64,000 nucleotides of DNA from Candidatus Poriferisodalaceae bacterium (GCA_965205925.1 OZ242183.1:1148641-1212640); one strand, 5' to 3'; counted from the stretch's first letter, positions 1 to 9,750 are shown. A program made the numbers and translations. Notes: a model not told the origin generated them from the sequence alone.

Positions 1-536
1 GACAGGCCGGTGCGACCTATCTCACGCCGAAAGTGATCCAAGTCGTCGTCATCTAGGCGCCCTTCTAGGTAAGCACGGGCGTAGATGCCCGGGGCGGCGT
101 GACCCTGGATATAAATGTGGTCACCGGGGTTGCCGTTGTCTTTACCGCGCCAGAAATGATTGAAGCCAACGTCATAAAGCGCAGCCGAACTTGCAAAGGT
201 GCTCAAGTGGCCGCCGATGCCGTTAGCCCAAGTGTTTGCTTGAGTAACCATTGCAGCGGAGTTCCAGCGAATAAACGCACGCAGACGTCGTTCAACGTCT
301 TCGTCACCAGGGAACCATGGCTCGTCTTCAGGTGCGATGGTGTTGATGTACGGAGAGGAAACCATCGCAGGGACATCAACGCTCAACTGATGTGCGGTCA
401 TCATCATCCGCTGAATCAAAAATCGTGCACGATGCTTGCCATGTCGTTCAACAACCGCGGCGAATGATTGCAGCCATTCCTCGGTTTCCTCCGGGTTGGA
501 GTCGGGCATTTGATTGTGCAAGCCGTCAATCAACAT
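1..536 (-). CDS. aceE: Pyruvate dehydrogenase E1 component (homodimeric AceE type), N-terminal part; the gene runs off the window start
   Basis: Absent from the ORF track because it is edge-truncated. Hand translation of the minus strand from ATG 536 gives MLIDGLHNQMPDSNPEETEEWLQSFAAVVERHGKHRARFLIQRMM..SSPYINTIAPEDEPWFPGDEDVERRLRAFIRWNSAAMV..GGHLSTFASSAALYDVGFNHFWRG..HIYIQGHAAPGIYARAYLEGRL, the conserved AceE N-terminus. The + strand ORF 99-467 is its shadow. Confidence 0.85.
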   Translation of the reverse strand, partial: MLIDGLHNQMPDSNPEETEEWLQSFAAVVERHGKHRARFLIQRMMMTAHQLSVDVPAMVSSPYINTIAPEDEPWFPGDEDVERRLRAFIRWNSAAMVTQANTWANGIGGHLSTFASSAALYDVGFNHFWRGKDNGNPGDHIYIQGHAAPGIYARAYLEGRLDDDDLDHFRREIGRTGL

Positions 537-637
537 GGCTCTATTGTCGCACTAAGTAAGACGTTTCAAAACACGACCAGCATGAAGCCGTGGCTTGTCC
601 CGGAAAGTCGACATCAATGTGCCAACCTAACGGAGCA

Positions 638-1108
638 ATGCGTGAGGTTTATACAGACGGTTCTTCATTGGGTAATCCCGGGCCTGGTGGTTGGGCCTAT
701 GTGGTTGATGATGGCCCATGGGCGTGCGGAGCTGAATCCGAGACCACCAACCAACGCATGGAACTTACCGCTGCTGCAAAAGCAGTTGCTGCACTTGACG
801 GACCACTGCTAGTTGTGAGCGACTCGAAGTATGTGGTGGATTGCTTCGCTCAGGGATGGTGGAAAAACTGGTTAAAGAAAGGCTGGGTCAATGCTAAGAA
901 ACAGCCGGTTGCAAACCGCGATCTGTGGGAACCATTTATCGAGCTTGTTCACGGCCGCGACGATGTTGAATTCAAGTGGGTCAAAGGCCACAGTGACAAT
1001 CGAATGAACGACGCAGCAGATCTACTGGCCACCAGTGCTGCGATGACACAAACCGAACGCAGCGGGGATCAATATCCGAAAGGGACGCCCTCACCGCCAG
1101 TTAGCTAA
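638..1108 (+). CDS. rnhA: Ribonuclease HI
   Basis: RNase H core motifs VYTDGSSLGNPGPGGWAYV, TNQRMELTAAAKAV, VVSDSKYVVDC and KGHSDNRMNDAADLLA. Start moved from 590 to ATG 638, which follows GGAG at 632-635. Confidence 0.85.
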   Translation: MREVYTDGSSLGNPGPGGWAYVVDDGPWACGAESETTNQRMELTAAAKAVAALDGPLLVVSDSKYVVDCFAQGWWKNWLKKGWVNAKKQPVANRDLWEPFIELVHGRDDVEFKWVKGHSDNRMNDAADLLATSAAMTQTERSGDQYPKGTPSPPVS

Positions 1109-2066
1109 ACCGGCCGGCTAAGAACGACTTAATAGAAGCGGCTGCCTTTGCGCCGTCTTCCATTGGTCCAAAATGGTTGAGATTGCTAAATGTCACAAGC
1201 TCAGCGTTCGGTAGCTCAGCGATAATCGGCTCTGCAATCTGCGGTGGATACTCGTTGTATTCATCTGGTGAGCCTCCGCGTGCAACCATTGTTGGACACA
1301 GCACCGTTTTGAGTAGGCCGAAATCCATTGGTTTGATGGCCTCGTAGCCACTTATTTCAGTTTCAATCGAACACGACAAGACAACGCCACCGGTGTCAAC
1401 TGGATAGGTACCTAGATCTATATAGGCGCGCACGGCTGCTGGGTCGCAATTTGAGAACGGTGGTTTTGAAATGAGGCGGTCGAAGGCGTCTTGCGTCGAA
1501 TCGAAGTGAATACGACGGCGTCTTGTTGCTTCGATAAGAGGAGTCGGACTTTCTGGGCGTTCAATGTCGAGCGGAAACAAAACAGGTTCGTAAAGCCATA
1601 AAGCCGAAAATGTGCCCGGGGTTGCTATCTCGGCCATAAGCATGCACGCAGCTCCGAGTGAATGACCGATACCGACGACCGGTGCGGTGCTGGTTCCGTT
1701 GCCTACACCACCGTCAGTTCTGCCGCAGGTAGTTGCAGGCTGATCATGCGAACGTAGGTATTCAACGGCTGCGGAGATTTCAGTAGCTAACACGGATCGC
1801 TCTACGTCGATTTCTGGGTTGGTTGTCCTGGCCGCACCGTGTCCACGAAAATCAAGACCCCAACAGTGAAATTCGTTTTGTAGGTGTGCGGTAGTCGCGG
1901 CCCATATGCCTGAGTTGAGTCCGTTGCCGTGAGTCATTAACAGTTGCGTTTGGGCAGTTTTGATGGGCAAGTTTTGTCGCGCAGCTTGGCCGAAATCCGC
2001 TAAATCCGTCTCGATCAAGTCATGAAGAGCGGCGTGTTCTCCATCAGAACCGACAAGGCGTTGCAT
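1101..2066 (-). CDS. Alpha/beta-fold hydrolase
   Basis: HG oxyanion motif (LLMTHGNGLNSG), nucleophile elbow GHSLGA, and a C-terminal HFGPMED His region. Paralogous to the ORF at 5830-6738. Confidence 0.75.
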   Translation of the reverse strand: MQRLVGSDGEHAALHDLIETDLADFGQAARQNLPIKTAQTQLLMTHGNGLNSGIWAATTAHLQNEFHCWGLDFRGHGAARTTNPEIDVERSVLATEISAAVEYLRSHDQPATTCGRTDGGVGNGTSTAPVVGIGHSLGAACMLMAEIATPGTFSALWLYEPVLFPLDIERPESPTPLIEATRRRRIHFDSTQDAFDRLISKPPFSNCDPAAVRAYIDLGTYPVDTGGVVLSCSIETEISGYEAIKPMDFGLLKTVLCPTMVARGGSPDEYNEYPPQIAEPIIAELPNAELVTFSNLNHFGPMEDGAKAAASIKSFLAGRFS

Positions 2067-2119
2067 AGTTGAGGCAGAGTATGCGCAAAACGCGTCCCGC
2101 GACTGGGCAAACTACACAA

Positions 2120-2839
2120 ATGTCAAATTTTGTACGTGAAAATATCGATATCCATTACACCGAAGCGGGCAGTGGTTTTCCAATTCTGCTGATAGCCCCG
2201 GGCGGAATGCGTTCGGCTGCTTCGTATTGGCAAGACACGCCTTGGAATCCCATCACCGAGCTATCAGATAAGTATCGAGTGATCGCTATGGATCAACGCA
2301 ATGCGGGAAGATCAACAGCACCTGTTACCGCCAATGACAGTTGGAGCGACTACACCGCTGATCAGTTAGCGCTGATGGATCATCTCGGCTGTGAGCAGTT
2401 TCACGTGATGGGAATGTGTATCGGTGGCCCGTACATCATGGGATTGATTCAAGCTGCACCAAATCGTGTTGCTTCGGCAATAATCACGCAATCCATTGGA
2501 CTGGATGGAAACCGCCAGGTCTTCTACGCCATGTTTGAAGAATGGGCTGAGGATCTCAAGGCGAGTCATCCCGACATGTCTAAGGACGACTGGGATGCGT
2601 TCCGTTCAAGCATGTACGACGGAGATTTCTTGTTCAACGTGGATCGTGAGTTTGTAACAGGCGTACAGACACCACTGCTGGTATTGCTAGGCGACGACAT
2701 CTATCACCCGCAGTCAATCTCGCGTGAGATTGCTGAACTAGCACCAAATGCAGAACTGGTCGAAGACTGGAAGCAAGGCGAGGCTCGCACCGCGGCCATC
2801 GCACGTACTGCGAGCTTCTTTGCGCAGCACACCTCGTAA
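2120..2839 (+). CDS. Alpha/beta-fold hydrolase
   Basis: ILLIAPGGMRS, nucleophile-elbow-like MGMCIGG, and a late YHP histidine region. Start placed at ATG 2120 (MSNFVRENIDIHY) because ORF start 2069 would abut the divergent gene. Confidence 0.65.
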   Translation: MSNFVRENIDIHYTEAGSGFPILLIAPGGMRSAASYWQDTPWNPITELSDKYRVIAMDQRNAGRSTAPVTANDSWSDYTADQLALMDHLGCEQFHVMGMCIGGPYIMGLIQAAPNRVASAIITQSIGLDGNRQVFYAMFEEWAEDLKASHPDMSKDDWDAFRSSMYDGDFLFNVDREFVTGVQTPLLVLLGDDIYHPQSISREIAELAPNAELVEDWKQGEARTAAIARTASFFAQHTS

Positions 2840-2877
2840 CCAGTGTTGGCGCACGGCGTAATCAGTTAGGGCTAACC

Positions 2878-3552
2878 ATGGAACTTGAAGAGGTAATGCG
2901 GACCACGTTTTCGTGCCGTGAGTGGACTGACCAGCCAGTCAGTGACGAGACCGTCTACAAGATCCTGGAGCAAGCACGTTTCGCCCCGAATGGTGGAAAT
3001 CGTCAAGGTTGGCACGTGATCGTTGTGCGAGACCGAGCTATTCGTGAGGCGTTCATTCCGATTATCTCACCAACCACGTCTGTCTATATGGCTCAGGTGG
3101 CCGCGGGAGAAGCTCCGTGGAACACCATCAACCCCACCTCGGTAAATATTGAAATCGAAGCTAAATCGGAGCGGTTGTTTCCAGGGCTGGCAGAAATGGT
3201 GGATGCCCCGGTTGTGTTGGTCGTCAGCGTTGATTTGTCGGTGGTTGCCAGTTTTGACTCGATGCTCAATCGCGTGGGAGTGATCAGCGGTGGATCTATC
3301 TATCCGTTTGTGTGGAACATTTTGCTAGCAGCCAGAAGCAAAGGGCTTGGCGGAGTTCTCACTACCTATCTGGCTGGTCGTGAAGAAGAAGCGCAAAAGC
3401 TGCTAGGCCTGCCCTCATATCACGCAATAGCAGCGATGGTGCCGCTTGGCTATCCCGTCAAGCAGTTAACCAAGCTCAAGCGGCTGGAAGTCGAAGAGTT
3501 TGCGACTGTCGATCGTTTTGACGGCTCGGTCTTTACGGGTGCCGCAAACTAG
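2878..3552 (+). CDS. Nitroreductase-family protein
   Basis: The N-terminal RFAPNGGNRQGWHVIVV motif and overall size are typical of the nitroreductase fold. Confidence 0.7.
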   Translation: MELEEVMRTTFSCREWTDQPVSDETVYKILEQARFAPNGGNRQGWHVIVVRDRAIREAFIPIISPTTSVYMAQVAAGEAPWNTINPTSVNIEIEAKSERLFPGLAEMVDAPVVLVVSVDLSVVASFDSMLNRVGVISGGSIYPFVWNILLAARSKGLGGVLTTYLAGREEEAQKLLGLPSYHAIAAMVPLGYPVKQLTKLKRLEVEEFATVDRFDGSVFTGAAN

Positions 3553-3637
3553 CTCCAACAAGCAGAAACAGACAGAAACAGGCAAAGCTATTTTGAACGC
3601 AAGCAACAACAGTCGCGCGAGTGCAAGACCTGAAAGC

Positions 3638-4456
3638 TTGGAGCCCGCTGCGGCTAGTGAGCGCCTGGGTGACCTAACGGGTCGTGTAGCGGTAGTTACC
3701 GGTGCCAGCCGAGGAATCGGCGAGGCCTCTGCAAAAGCCTTGGACGGTGCCGGAGCACAAGTGGTGCTAACCGGACGTACCGTCGCCGATCTTGAACGGG
3801 TGGCGGGTGAGTTAAAGAACTCACCGGTCGTGCTGCCGAGCGATTTAGTTCCGTCGGGGTCAGGTACGGAACTAGCCGAGACCGTGCTGAGAGAGGTAAC
3901 TGGAGTCGACATATTGGTAAACAACGCAGGCATACCGATGCGCCGCACACCAGATCAGCTAACCGAAGAAGATCTTGACCAGGTGTTTGCGATCAACGTG
4001 CGCTCGCTAACAATGCTGTCGCTGGGCTTAGCTCCCTCAATGATCGAGAGAGGCGGAGGATCGATCATCAACGTCAGTTCTATCGCGGGCGTGCGCGGTC
4101 CTCTGGGACGAGTTGCGTATGCCGGCACGAAAGGCGCGGTCGATGCCATGACGAGGGCGTTGGCAGCCGATTGGGGCCCATCCGGGATTCGTGTGAACTC
4201 AATTGCGCCAGGGCTTATTGCTACGGCCATCTGGGAAGAGGCTCGCACCAATGTGCCGGGCCTCATAGAAAAACTCGAGGGCCAAGTAGCTCTCAAACGA
4301 TGGGGTTACAGCTCTGACATCGGCGACGTGGTTTTGTTCTTCGCCAGCGATGCTGCGCGCTACATAACCGGTGAGACCCTCGTGGTTGATGGCGGACTAG
4401 CCAAGGTCACCGCTGATGCCAACCCTGAGTCTTTGCCTGAACTCACAGACGATTAA
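3638..4456 (+). CDS. Short-chain dehydrogenase/reductase (SDR)
   Basis: Cofactor motif VVTGASRGIG, NNAG, and the catalytic YAGTKGAV (YxxxK). ORF start 3500 overlaps the nitroreductase gene and encodes low-complexity sequence. The in-frame TTG at 3638 is a guess for the true start. Confidence 0.75.
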   Translation: MEPAAASERLGDLTGRVAVVTGASRGIGEASAKALDGAGAQVVLTGRTVADLERVAGELKNSPVVLPSDLVPSGSGTELAETVLREVTGVDILVNNAGIPMRRTPDQLTEEDLDQVFAINVRSLTMLSLGLAPSMIERGGGSIINVSSIAGVRGPLGRVAYAGTKGAVDAMTRALAADWGPSGIRVNSIAPGLIATAIWEEARTNVPGLIEKLEGQVALKRWGYSSDIGDVVLFFASDAARYITGETLVVDGGLAKVTADANPESLPELTDD

Positions 4457-4499
4457 GCACCTAGCGGCTGATAAGCGGCAAGCACTTGGCTCGCAAAAA

Positions 4500-4552
4500 C
4501 CAGCAAGGCTCCAACCGGGGCCGGTAAAGGGCCTCAGTCGGAGCCTTGCTGG
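4500..4552. terminator. Bidirectional stem-loop between convergent genes
   Basis: Perfect 13-bp inverted repeat CCAGCAAGGCTCC (4500-4512) / GGAGCCTTGCTGG (4540-4552), lying between the stop of the SDR gene (4456) and the stop of the minus-strand lipoprotein gene (4590). Confidence 0.6.
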
Positions 4553-4589
4553 CTAGTACTTATTCGTACTTATTTATGATTGCCAGTAG

Positions 4590-5684
4590 TTAGGCAGCGG
4601 CTCTAGCCGTGTCCAACCATTCGTCGACAACGTCGCGATTATCCGCTATCCATTGGACAGCTATATCTTTCGGATCTCCACCTTCTGTTTGTTCAACATT
4701 TGCAAGCGAAACGTCAAACACCGGCAGCACGACGGCATTAAGCAGAGCCTCAGCAACTGGGTTTTCATCCAGGAAATCACCGTTGGCGGTTATCTGAATG
4801 TCGTTCGATATGAATGCGATTTGGCATAAGCCGTCAGGGTGATTAGCAGCTCCTGGGCACACTTCTGGGCCTAGCGCGATAATCCCTGGACGCATGTCTG
4901 GTGGACCTGGATCACGTCCCAATGGATTGGAGTCATCCAGCACTGTGTCCTGGGTGAGCCAGTAGACGTCTTCGCCCGGAATCAGCTGCGTGATGTAAGC
5001 CGAAGGGCCCCAGGTGTAAATGATGAACGGAGTATCGCTTGCAGCCTTGTCGATGGCTTCGGCAATCATGGCCTCGTACCCGGCAATGACCTGGTCAACA
5101 TTTTCCCAACCGCTGAAGGCGATCTGTGAGGCGATGATGTCGTCGCAAACCCAAGATTCTTGACAGCCATAAATATCAGCTAGTCCGTTACCGGGGAGAG
5201 GGTCGACAGCGTCGTATGCCGCAATGGCATCCGCGTTGCTGTTGAAATCATCCATAGAGGTAATACCGAACTCGTCAGCAAAGTTCTTCTCGATCATCAG
5301 GCCTTGTATGGATCCGCCGAGGAGCAGCTCACCGACGATTTCGATGTTGTCGCCAATAGTTGATCCATCAGATGTTTCCGCATTCCAGTACTGGAGGTGG
5401 CCAGGTATCCAGCTGTTAGCCCAGAAATCAACCTCACGTTCAGCGATCGCTAGAAAGCCAGTAGTGGCGTTGAGCTCTCGCTCAGACGGCTCACCTACGT
5501 CGTAACCCAACTCGCGCAACAGTTCAGCAATAACCTCATTTTGGAAGTAACCGGTCTGCCAGTCAGCACGCGCAGGCGTGATCTCCACACCTTCCACGTC
5601 ATCATCGTCGCTACTGCATGATGCCGCTAGCAGCGAAAAGGCCGCTATGACCAGCAATAGTTTTCGAAACTTTCGTCTAGACAT
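4590..5684 (-). CDS. Lipoprotein, glycine-betaine/osmoprotectant-type ABC substrate-binding protein (ProX/OpuAC-like), orphan
   Basis: Signal peptide plus lipobox (LLAASC). ADWQTGYFQNEVIAELLRELGYDV and FWANSWIPGHLQYW resemble the ProX-type aromatic-box region. No permease or ATPase gene lies adjacent. Confidence 0.6.
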   Translation of the reverse strand: MSRRKFRKLLLVIAAFSLLAASCSSDDDDVEGVEITPARADWQTGYFQNEVIAELLRELGYDVGEPSERELNATTGFLAIAEREVDFWANSWIPGHLQYWNAETSDGSTIGDNIEIVGELLLGGSIQGLMIEKNFADEFGITSMDDFNSNADAIAAYDAVDPLPGNGLADIYGCQESWVCDDIIASQIAFSGWENVDQVIAGYEAMIAEAIDKAASDTPFIIYTWGPSAYITQLIPGEDVYWLTQDTVLDDSNPLGRDPGPPDMRPGIIALGPEVCPGAANHPDGLCQIAFISNDIQITANGDFLDENPVAEALLNAVVLPVFDVSLANVEQTEGGDPKDIAVQWIADNRDVVDEWLDTARAAA

Positions 5685-5829
5685 TTTTCAAATTTTCCTT
5701 TCAGCGGGGACTTCCCCACAAATAGTCAGCGGTTCAAGGTACTAGGGCAACGGCCAAATTAAAGGCACCCATAGATCTGCAGTACCAGTACGACACATAA
5801 CGGCAACAAAATCGGCAGACTAAGCACTC

Positions 5830-6738
5830 ATGTCTGTGCCCGAAGATGCAGTACCAAAAGATGATCAAGCTCCGGTGTATGTGTCAGTAACCAACGCTGC
5901 CAAACTGGCTCTGCACTGTCTTACCCCAAAGTCGGAACGTCACAACAAGCCGCCGGTGATTTTTGTGCATGCAACAGGGTTTGGTGCTCGCACATACGAA
6001 CCTTTTACGCAACAACTTGTCGAACACTTCACCGTCTGGGCACCCGACCTGCGTGGTCACGGCTGGAGCGAAACACCCAGCGATGGCGACTATCTATGGA
6101 CAACAACCGCTACTGACATATTGGCGATTGTTGATTATCTAGCGGATCGCAATGAGATCGACCGCACCCAGATCAATTGTGTAGGACACTCGATTGGCGC
6201 TGCAGTCCTGCTTTTGGCGGAGATTCAAAGGCCTGGTCTGATAGCGAATATCTACGGTTATGAGCCGGTGGTGTGGCGGATCAAAGATATGTCGGAGCGT
6301 GAAGAAAATCCGCTGATCGCCGGTGCGATAAAGCGGCGTGAAACTTTCGATTCACGTGCCGAAGCAATGCATCGGTTTGCATCTCGTCCACCATTTTCTC
6401 TGCTGCGAGCCGACGCATTACACAGCTACGTGCAAAACGGGTTTGAAGATTTGCCCGACGGCACCGTTCGTTTGAGATGTCGATCAACCGATGAAGCCGG
6501 TACGTACCGGGACGATTATGTATCAACCGACGACAGGATTGCAGGCTGTGAAGTGTCAGCGGTGATTGGCAAAGGTGATGCGTATTTCAACGAAGAGCAA
6601 GCTCACGATATTGGCTTACCGGCGCATGAAGCGCTTGTTAACTCGCGACTTATTACCTATTCAGGGCTTGGACATTTCGGACCGATGCAAGATCCTGAAC
6701 GGATTGCCGCAGATGCCATCGCTGCTCTAAAGCAGTAG
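5830..6738 (+). CDS. Alpha/beta-fold hydrolase (paralog of 1101-2066)
   Basis: VIFVHATGFG, PDLRGHGWS, GHSIGAAVLLLAE, GLGHFGPMQDP. Collinear by eye with the 1101-2066 protein. Confidence 0.75.
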   Translation: MSVPEDAVPKDDQAPVYVSVTNAAKLALHCLTPKSERHNKPPVIFVHATGFGARTYEPFTQQLVEHFTVWAPDLRGHGWSETPSDGDYLWTTTATDILAIVDYLADRNEIDRTQINCVGHSIGAAVLLLAEIQRPGLIANIYGYEPVVWRIKDMSEREENPLIAGAIKRRETFDSRAEAMHRFASRPPFSLLRADALHSYVQNGFEDLPDGTVRLRCRSTDEAGTYRDDYVSTDDRIAGCEVSAVIGKGDAYFNEEQAHDIGLPAHEALVNSRLITYSGLGHFGPMQDPERIAADAIAALKQ

Positions 6739-6764
6739 CTCTCGCTGGCTCTACCTGGTTTTGT

Positions 6765-8372
6765 TTAGCCCCATGCGCGAGCGAGAGCTCGCGGTAGCTC
6801 CTCAATCCACTGAATCAGATCGTGACCGCACACTCGTTCGGTCCAGTGATGCGGTGATTTTGCAAAATGCAGCCACGCGGCCCATGCATGAGTGGCGTCA
6901 AAAAATGCACCCTCTAAGGTGCCCGCACACAGATGCACAAATGGAGCCTTGTCCGCTTCCCAGCCCATCTGGTCGTTCGGCGGCAAGCCAGTGGAGTATG
7001 CGATGCAATGCCCGTATCGTTCGCGGTTCATGTGCCCGGTCGCCAATGCATGTCCGCCACCGTCGGAGCAGCCAAACACGGCTCGTTTGCCTCGTTCGTC
7101 TGATACGCCGAAACTGTCTTGCGCCCATTGCGCTAGCTCGTTCACAAAGAACTGTTGATGGCGGTCGAAACGTTTGTTATCGAAGCCCGGTAGGTATTCC
7201 AAGGCGCGTTCATTGCTGTAGGCGCTCATTGGTGCGGCATGCGCGGCTACCAACACAAATCGCGGAACACTTTGATCGACAATGCCGGCGTCGATGCGAC
7301 GGATATATGGTCTAACTCCGTTTCCGTCGGTTGCGTAAAGCACCGGAAGTTTTTCGCTGGGTTGATGTTCGGGCGGCAAATAGACCGTTACCAGACGGTT
7401 TTCACGCAGTTCAGTGCTTGACAGTGCCTCGGTGATGACCGTTCCGCGAAGCTGGTTGTCTGGCGTGGAATTGAGCTCGACCGGTGCATCTGGGCCACGG
7501 AAGCGATGATCAACGGGGCCTCGCATACCACCACCAGCTAACCCACCAAATTCGTCAATCTCCCAAAACCCGTAACCAATGACAGCTTCACTAAGTCGTT
7601 CTACTTGCACAGTTAGTGCCCACAACTGCTCTCCACCATCTGGATTTGTAAGGCGGTTTGTATTGGTGGAGTTATTGGTGGAGTCAGACACTCTCCACAA
7701 CGGCAGCTCAAACACCGGTCCCGCAATCAATCCATAACGGCTGTTTGCTTTACAGGCAAACGTCAGCTCGTCGCCATCGGCCCAGGCTCCTTGCGGATGT
7801 TCGGCCAGTTTGCCTTGGAGCCAATCCGGGCTGGGATCGTGCCACACACGCGCAAAGCGTTGCCCCGTAGGCAACTTGCCTTCGTTTGTACTGGTTCCGT
7901 TCACAACCCCTGCGCGTTTGCGAGCTGCATCTTCATTGCGCTGTTGAATTTGTGCTTGCAGTTGATCCAGCGTCGGCACACCCAACTGTGCGCGCATGTC
8001 GTCGTTTATGGATTTATCAATTGGCGCCAACATCTGATCGCCTTGATGCTGAGTAGTTACGGTGCCAAAGCTTTGAGGTTGACCGCTCATGAGGTTCACG
8101 CGGTCTACACACTCGGCAAACAACACACCCGCGCCTGAAATCGACTCCCGATGCGCCTTCGCAGCTAGCTCAGCGGCCTTGGGCAGGGTTTGCGCGGGAC
8201 CATGAACTGCTAACGCACGTGCGGCTCGCAACGCAGTTGCGCCTGTCGTGGCGTCCAGACCGTCCGCTACAGCAAGTTGCCTTGCCAGCAGTGCGACCGT
8301 GTGAGGTTCTTCGTCACTGTCCGGTGAAGCAGCGGATTCCAATGCTGTCAACAGCTGATTTATCTCACTCAT
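6765..8372 (-). CDS. Esterase-family protein (enterochelin-esterase/esterase-D-like C-terminal domain) with about 170 aa of unassigned N-terminal sequence
   Basis: C-terminal LPVLYATDGNG...RAVFGCSDGGGHAL (GxSxG-like) and a preceding Ig-like esterase N-domain region (DELTFACKAN...LWALTVQVERL). The N-terminal part has no motif I recognise. Confidence 0.6.
   Translation of the reverse strand: MSEINQLLTALESAASPDSDEEPHTVALLARQLAVADGLDATTGATALRAARALAVHGPAQTLPKAAELAAKAHRESISGAGVLFAECVDRVNLMSGQPQSFGTVTTQHQGDQMLAPIDKSINDDMRAQLGVPTLDQLQAQIQQRNEDAARKRAGVVNGTSTNEGKLPTGQRFARVWHDPSPDWLQGKLAEHPQGAWADGDELTFACKANSRYGLIAGPVFELPLWRVSDSTNNSTNTNRLTNPDGGEQLWALTVQVERLSEAVIGYGFWEIDEFGGLAGGGMRGPVDHRFRGPDAPVELNSTPDNQLRGTVITEALSSTELRENRLVTVYLPPEHQPSEKLPVLYATDGNGVRPYIRRIDAGIVDQSVPRFVLVAAHAAPMSAYSNERALEYLPGFDNKRFDRHQQFFVNELAQWAQDSFGVSDERGKRAVFGCSDGGGHALATGHMNRERYGHCIAYSTGLPPNDQMGWEADKAPFVHLCAGTLEGAFFDATHAWAAWLHFAKSPHHWTERVCGHDLIQWIEELPRALARAWG
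7662..7685. repeat. 12-nt tandem duplication inside the esterase gene
   Basis: ATTGGTGGAGTT / ATTGGTGGAGTC are adjacent and encode STNNSTNT on the minus strand. Confidence 0.8.
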
Positions 8373-8425
8373 GGTTTCGACCAGCTTCCTGTGACGGCAC
8401 TAGAAAGTAAGGCTAATCTGGACTA

Positions 8426-9208
8426 ATGACAGATTCTGAACCTCTTGTACTTACCGAGCAGCGCGATTACGTCCAAATCATCACGCTAAATCGACCAGAC
8501 GCGATGAACGCTTTCAACACCGATCTCTCTACGGCTCTAGCAAAGACCTTGGAAGATTTTGACTCCGACAGTTCTGTGCGGGTGGGAGTGCTGACCGGCG
8601 CCGGACGAGCATTTAGCGCGGGTATGGATTTGAAACAGTTCGTCGATGGTGGAGTTGAAGGTATGCCCAACGTTAGTGATCGCGGCTTTGGCGGTATCAC
8701 CGAAAAGGCTTGCGCAAAACCGATCATCGCGGCGGTGGAAGGCGTAGCGCTTGCCGGTGGATTAGAGGTAGCGCTGGCATGCGATCTGATCGTTGCTGGA
8801 GAGGGTGCCCGCCTAGGGATTCCCGAGGTGGGTGTAGGACTGTTTGCAGGAGCTGGTGCGCTGCTGCGTTTGCCGCGTCAGTTGCCATACAGCTTGGCGA
8901 TGGAGATGGCTCTAACTGCAGAACCAATAACCGCTGAGATAGCTCACCAGCACGGCATGGTGAACCGAGTGGCTCCGAAAGGTAAGGCAGTAGAGGTTGC
9001 GATCGAACTAGCTGAGCGCATAGCTCGTAACGCACCACTGGGGGTACGAGCCTCAAAGAAGCTAATGAAAGACGTGCTGGGCGTGTCTGAAGATGACTTC
9101 TGGAGCTTTCAAAAGCCAGTACTAGACGATGTGTTTGGGTCCGCTGACGCACTTGAGGGTGCAACCGCTTTTGCTGAGAAGCGTGCCCCTAACTGGCAGG
9201 ACAAGTAA
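8426..9208 (+). CDS. Enoyl-CoA hydratase/isomerase (crotonase family)
   Basis: ITLNRPDAMNAF, GAGRAFSAGMDL and AAVEGVALAGGLEVALACDL are typical crotonase oxyanion-hole segments. Confidence 0.85.
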   Translation: MTDSEPLVLTEQRDYVQIITLNRPDAMNAFNTDLSTALAKTLEDFDSDSSVRVGVLTGAGRAFSAGMDLKQFVDGGVEGMPNVSDRGFGGITEKACAKPIIAAVEGVALAGGLEVALACDLIVAGEGARLGIPEVGVGLFAGAGALLRLPRQLPYSLAMEMALTAEPITAEIAHQHGMVNRVAPKGKAVEVAIELAERIARNAPLGVRASKKLMKDVLGVSEDDFWSFQKPVLDDVFGSADALEGATAFAEKRAPNWQDK

Positions 9209-9212
9209 GTAG

Positions 9213-9512
9213 CTAGTCCGCTGAGATACGAGCCAGTAGTTCGATTTTGCGTTCTTCGTACTCGTCGAATGTGATCTCTTCGTTGTCAAACGCCCGCTGA
9301 AGTTCTTCAACTAACCGAAGCAGATCGGCCGGTGAGATTTCCTTGTCCAGGTCACCGTCAAGCTGAGCGGCGTCGGGATCATCTACTTCTGTCCCAGGTA
9401 ACGGACTGCCGTCAGGTGCACGCCCTAAGCGCTTAGAGCGCTTGGCCTCAGCCTTGGCTTTTTTGGCACGATCTCTTTGAAGTTTTTCAAACGTAGTTCG
9501 ACTTGCAGCCAT
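9213..9512 (-). CDS. Small charged protein with a SHOCT-like C-terminus
   Basis: Lys/Arg-rich N-terminus. The C-terminal EEITFDEYEERKIELLARI resembles the SHOCT short C-terminal motif. An AAGGAG Shine-Dalgarno sequence precedes the ATG. Confidence 0.5.
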   Translation of the reverse strand: MAASRTTFEKLQRDRAKKAKAEAKRSKRLGRAPDGSPLPGTEVDDPDAAQLDGDLDKEISPADLLRLVEELQRAFDNEEITFDEYEERKIELLARISAD

Positions 9513-9750
9513 GTTGAACTCCTTTTCTTCGCAGAGGCTCCACCGCAGTCGTCATTAAGGCAACGACTAATCAGTTATTCCTGACCGGTGGCAACGTTGA
9601 CAAGCAAGACCGGTTTGCGCATCAACTTTGCATATCAGCGCGTAGTCAAGCCCGATCTCAAACGCCAGGTGGTACGGCTCAGAGGGTACTCGCCTCACTC
9701 GCGTTTCGGTGTGCGCCTTGTTTCTGAGCAGCTTGTAGCGATGTCTAGTC

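Noticed and set aside
99-467. 122-aa + strand ORF at the window start
   Set aside because: It lies entirely antisense to a clearly conserved AceE N-terminus on the minus strand and has no recognisable motifs. It is a shadow ORF.
3500-3637. Upstream extension of the SDR ORF overlapping the nitroreductase gene by 53 nt
   Set aside because: The segment is low-complexity (SSNKQKQTETGK...). The Rossmann motif begins about 60 codons later, so an internal TTG start is more plausible. The exact start remains uncertain.
6761-7315. 184-aa and 88-aa + strand ORFs opposite the esterase gene
   Set aside because: They are Arg/Cys-rich antisense frames, and the minus strand encodes the conserved esterase catalytic domain.
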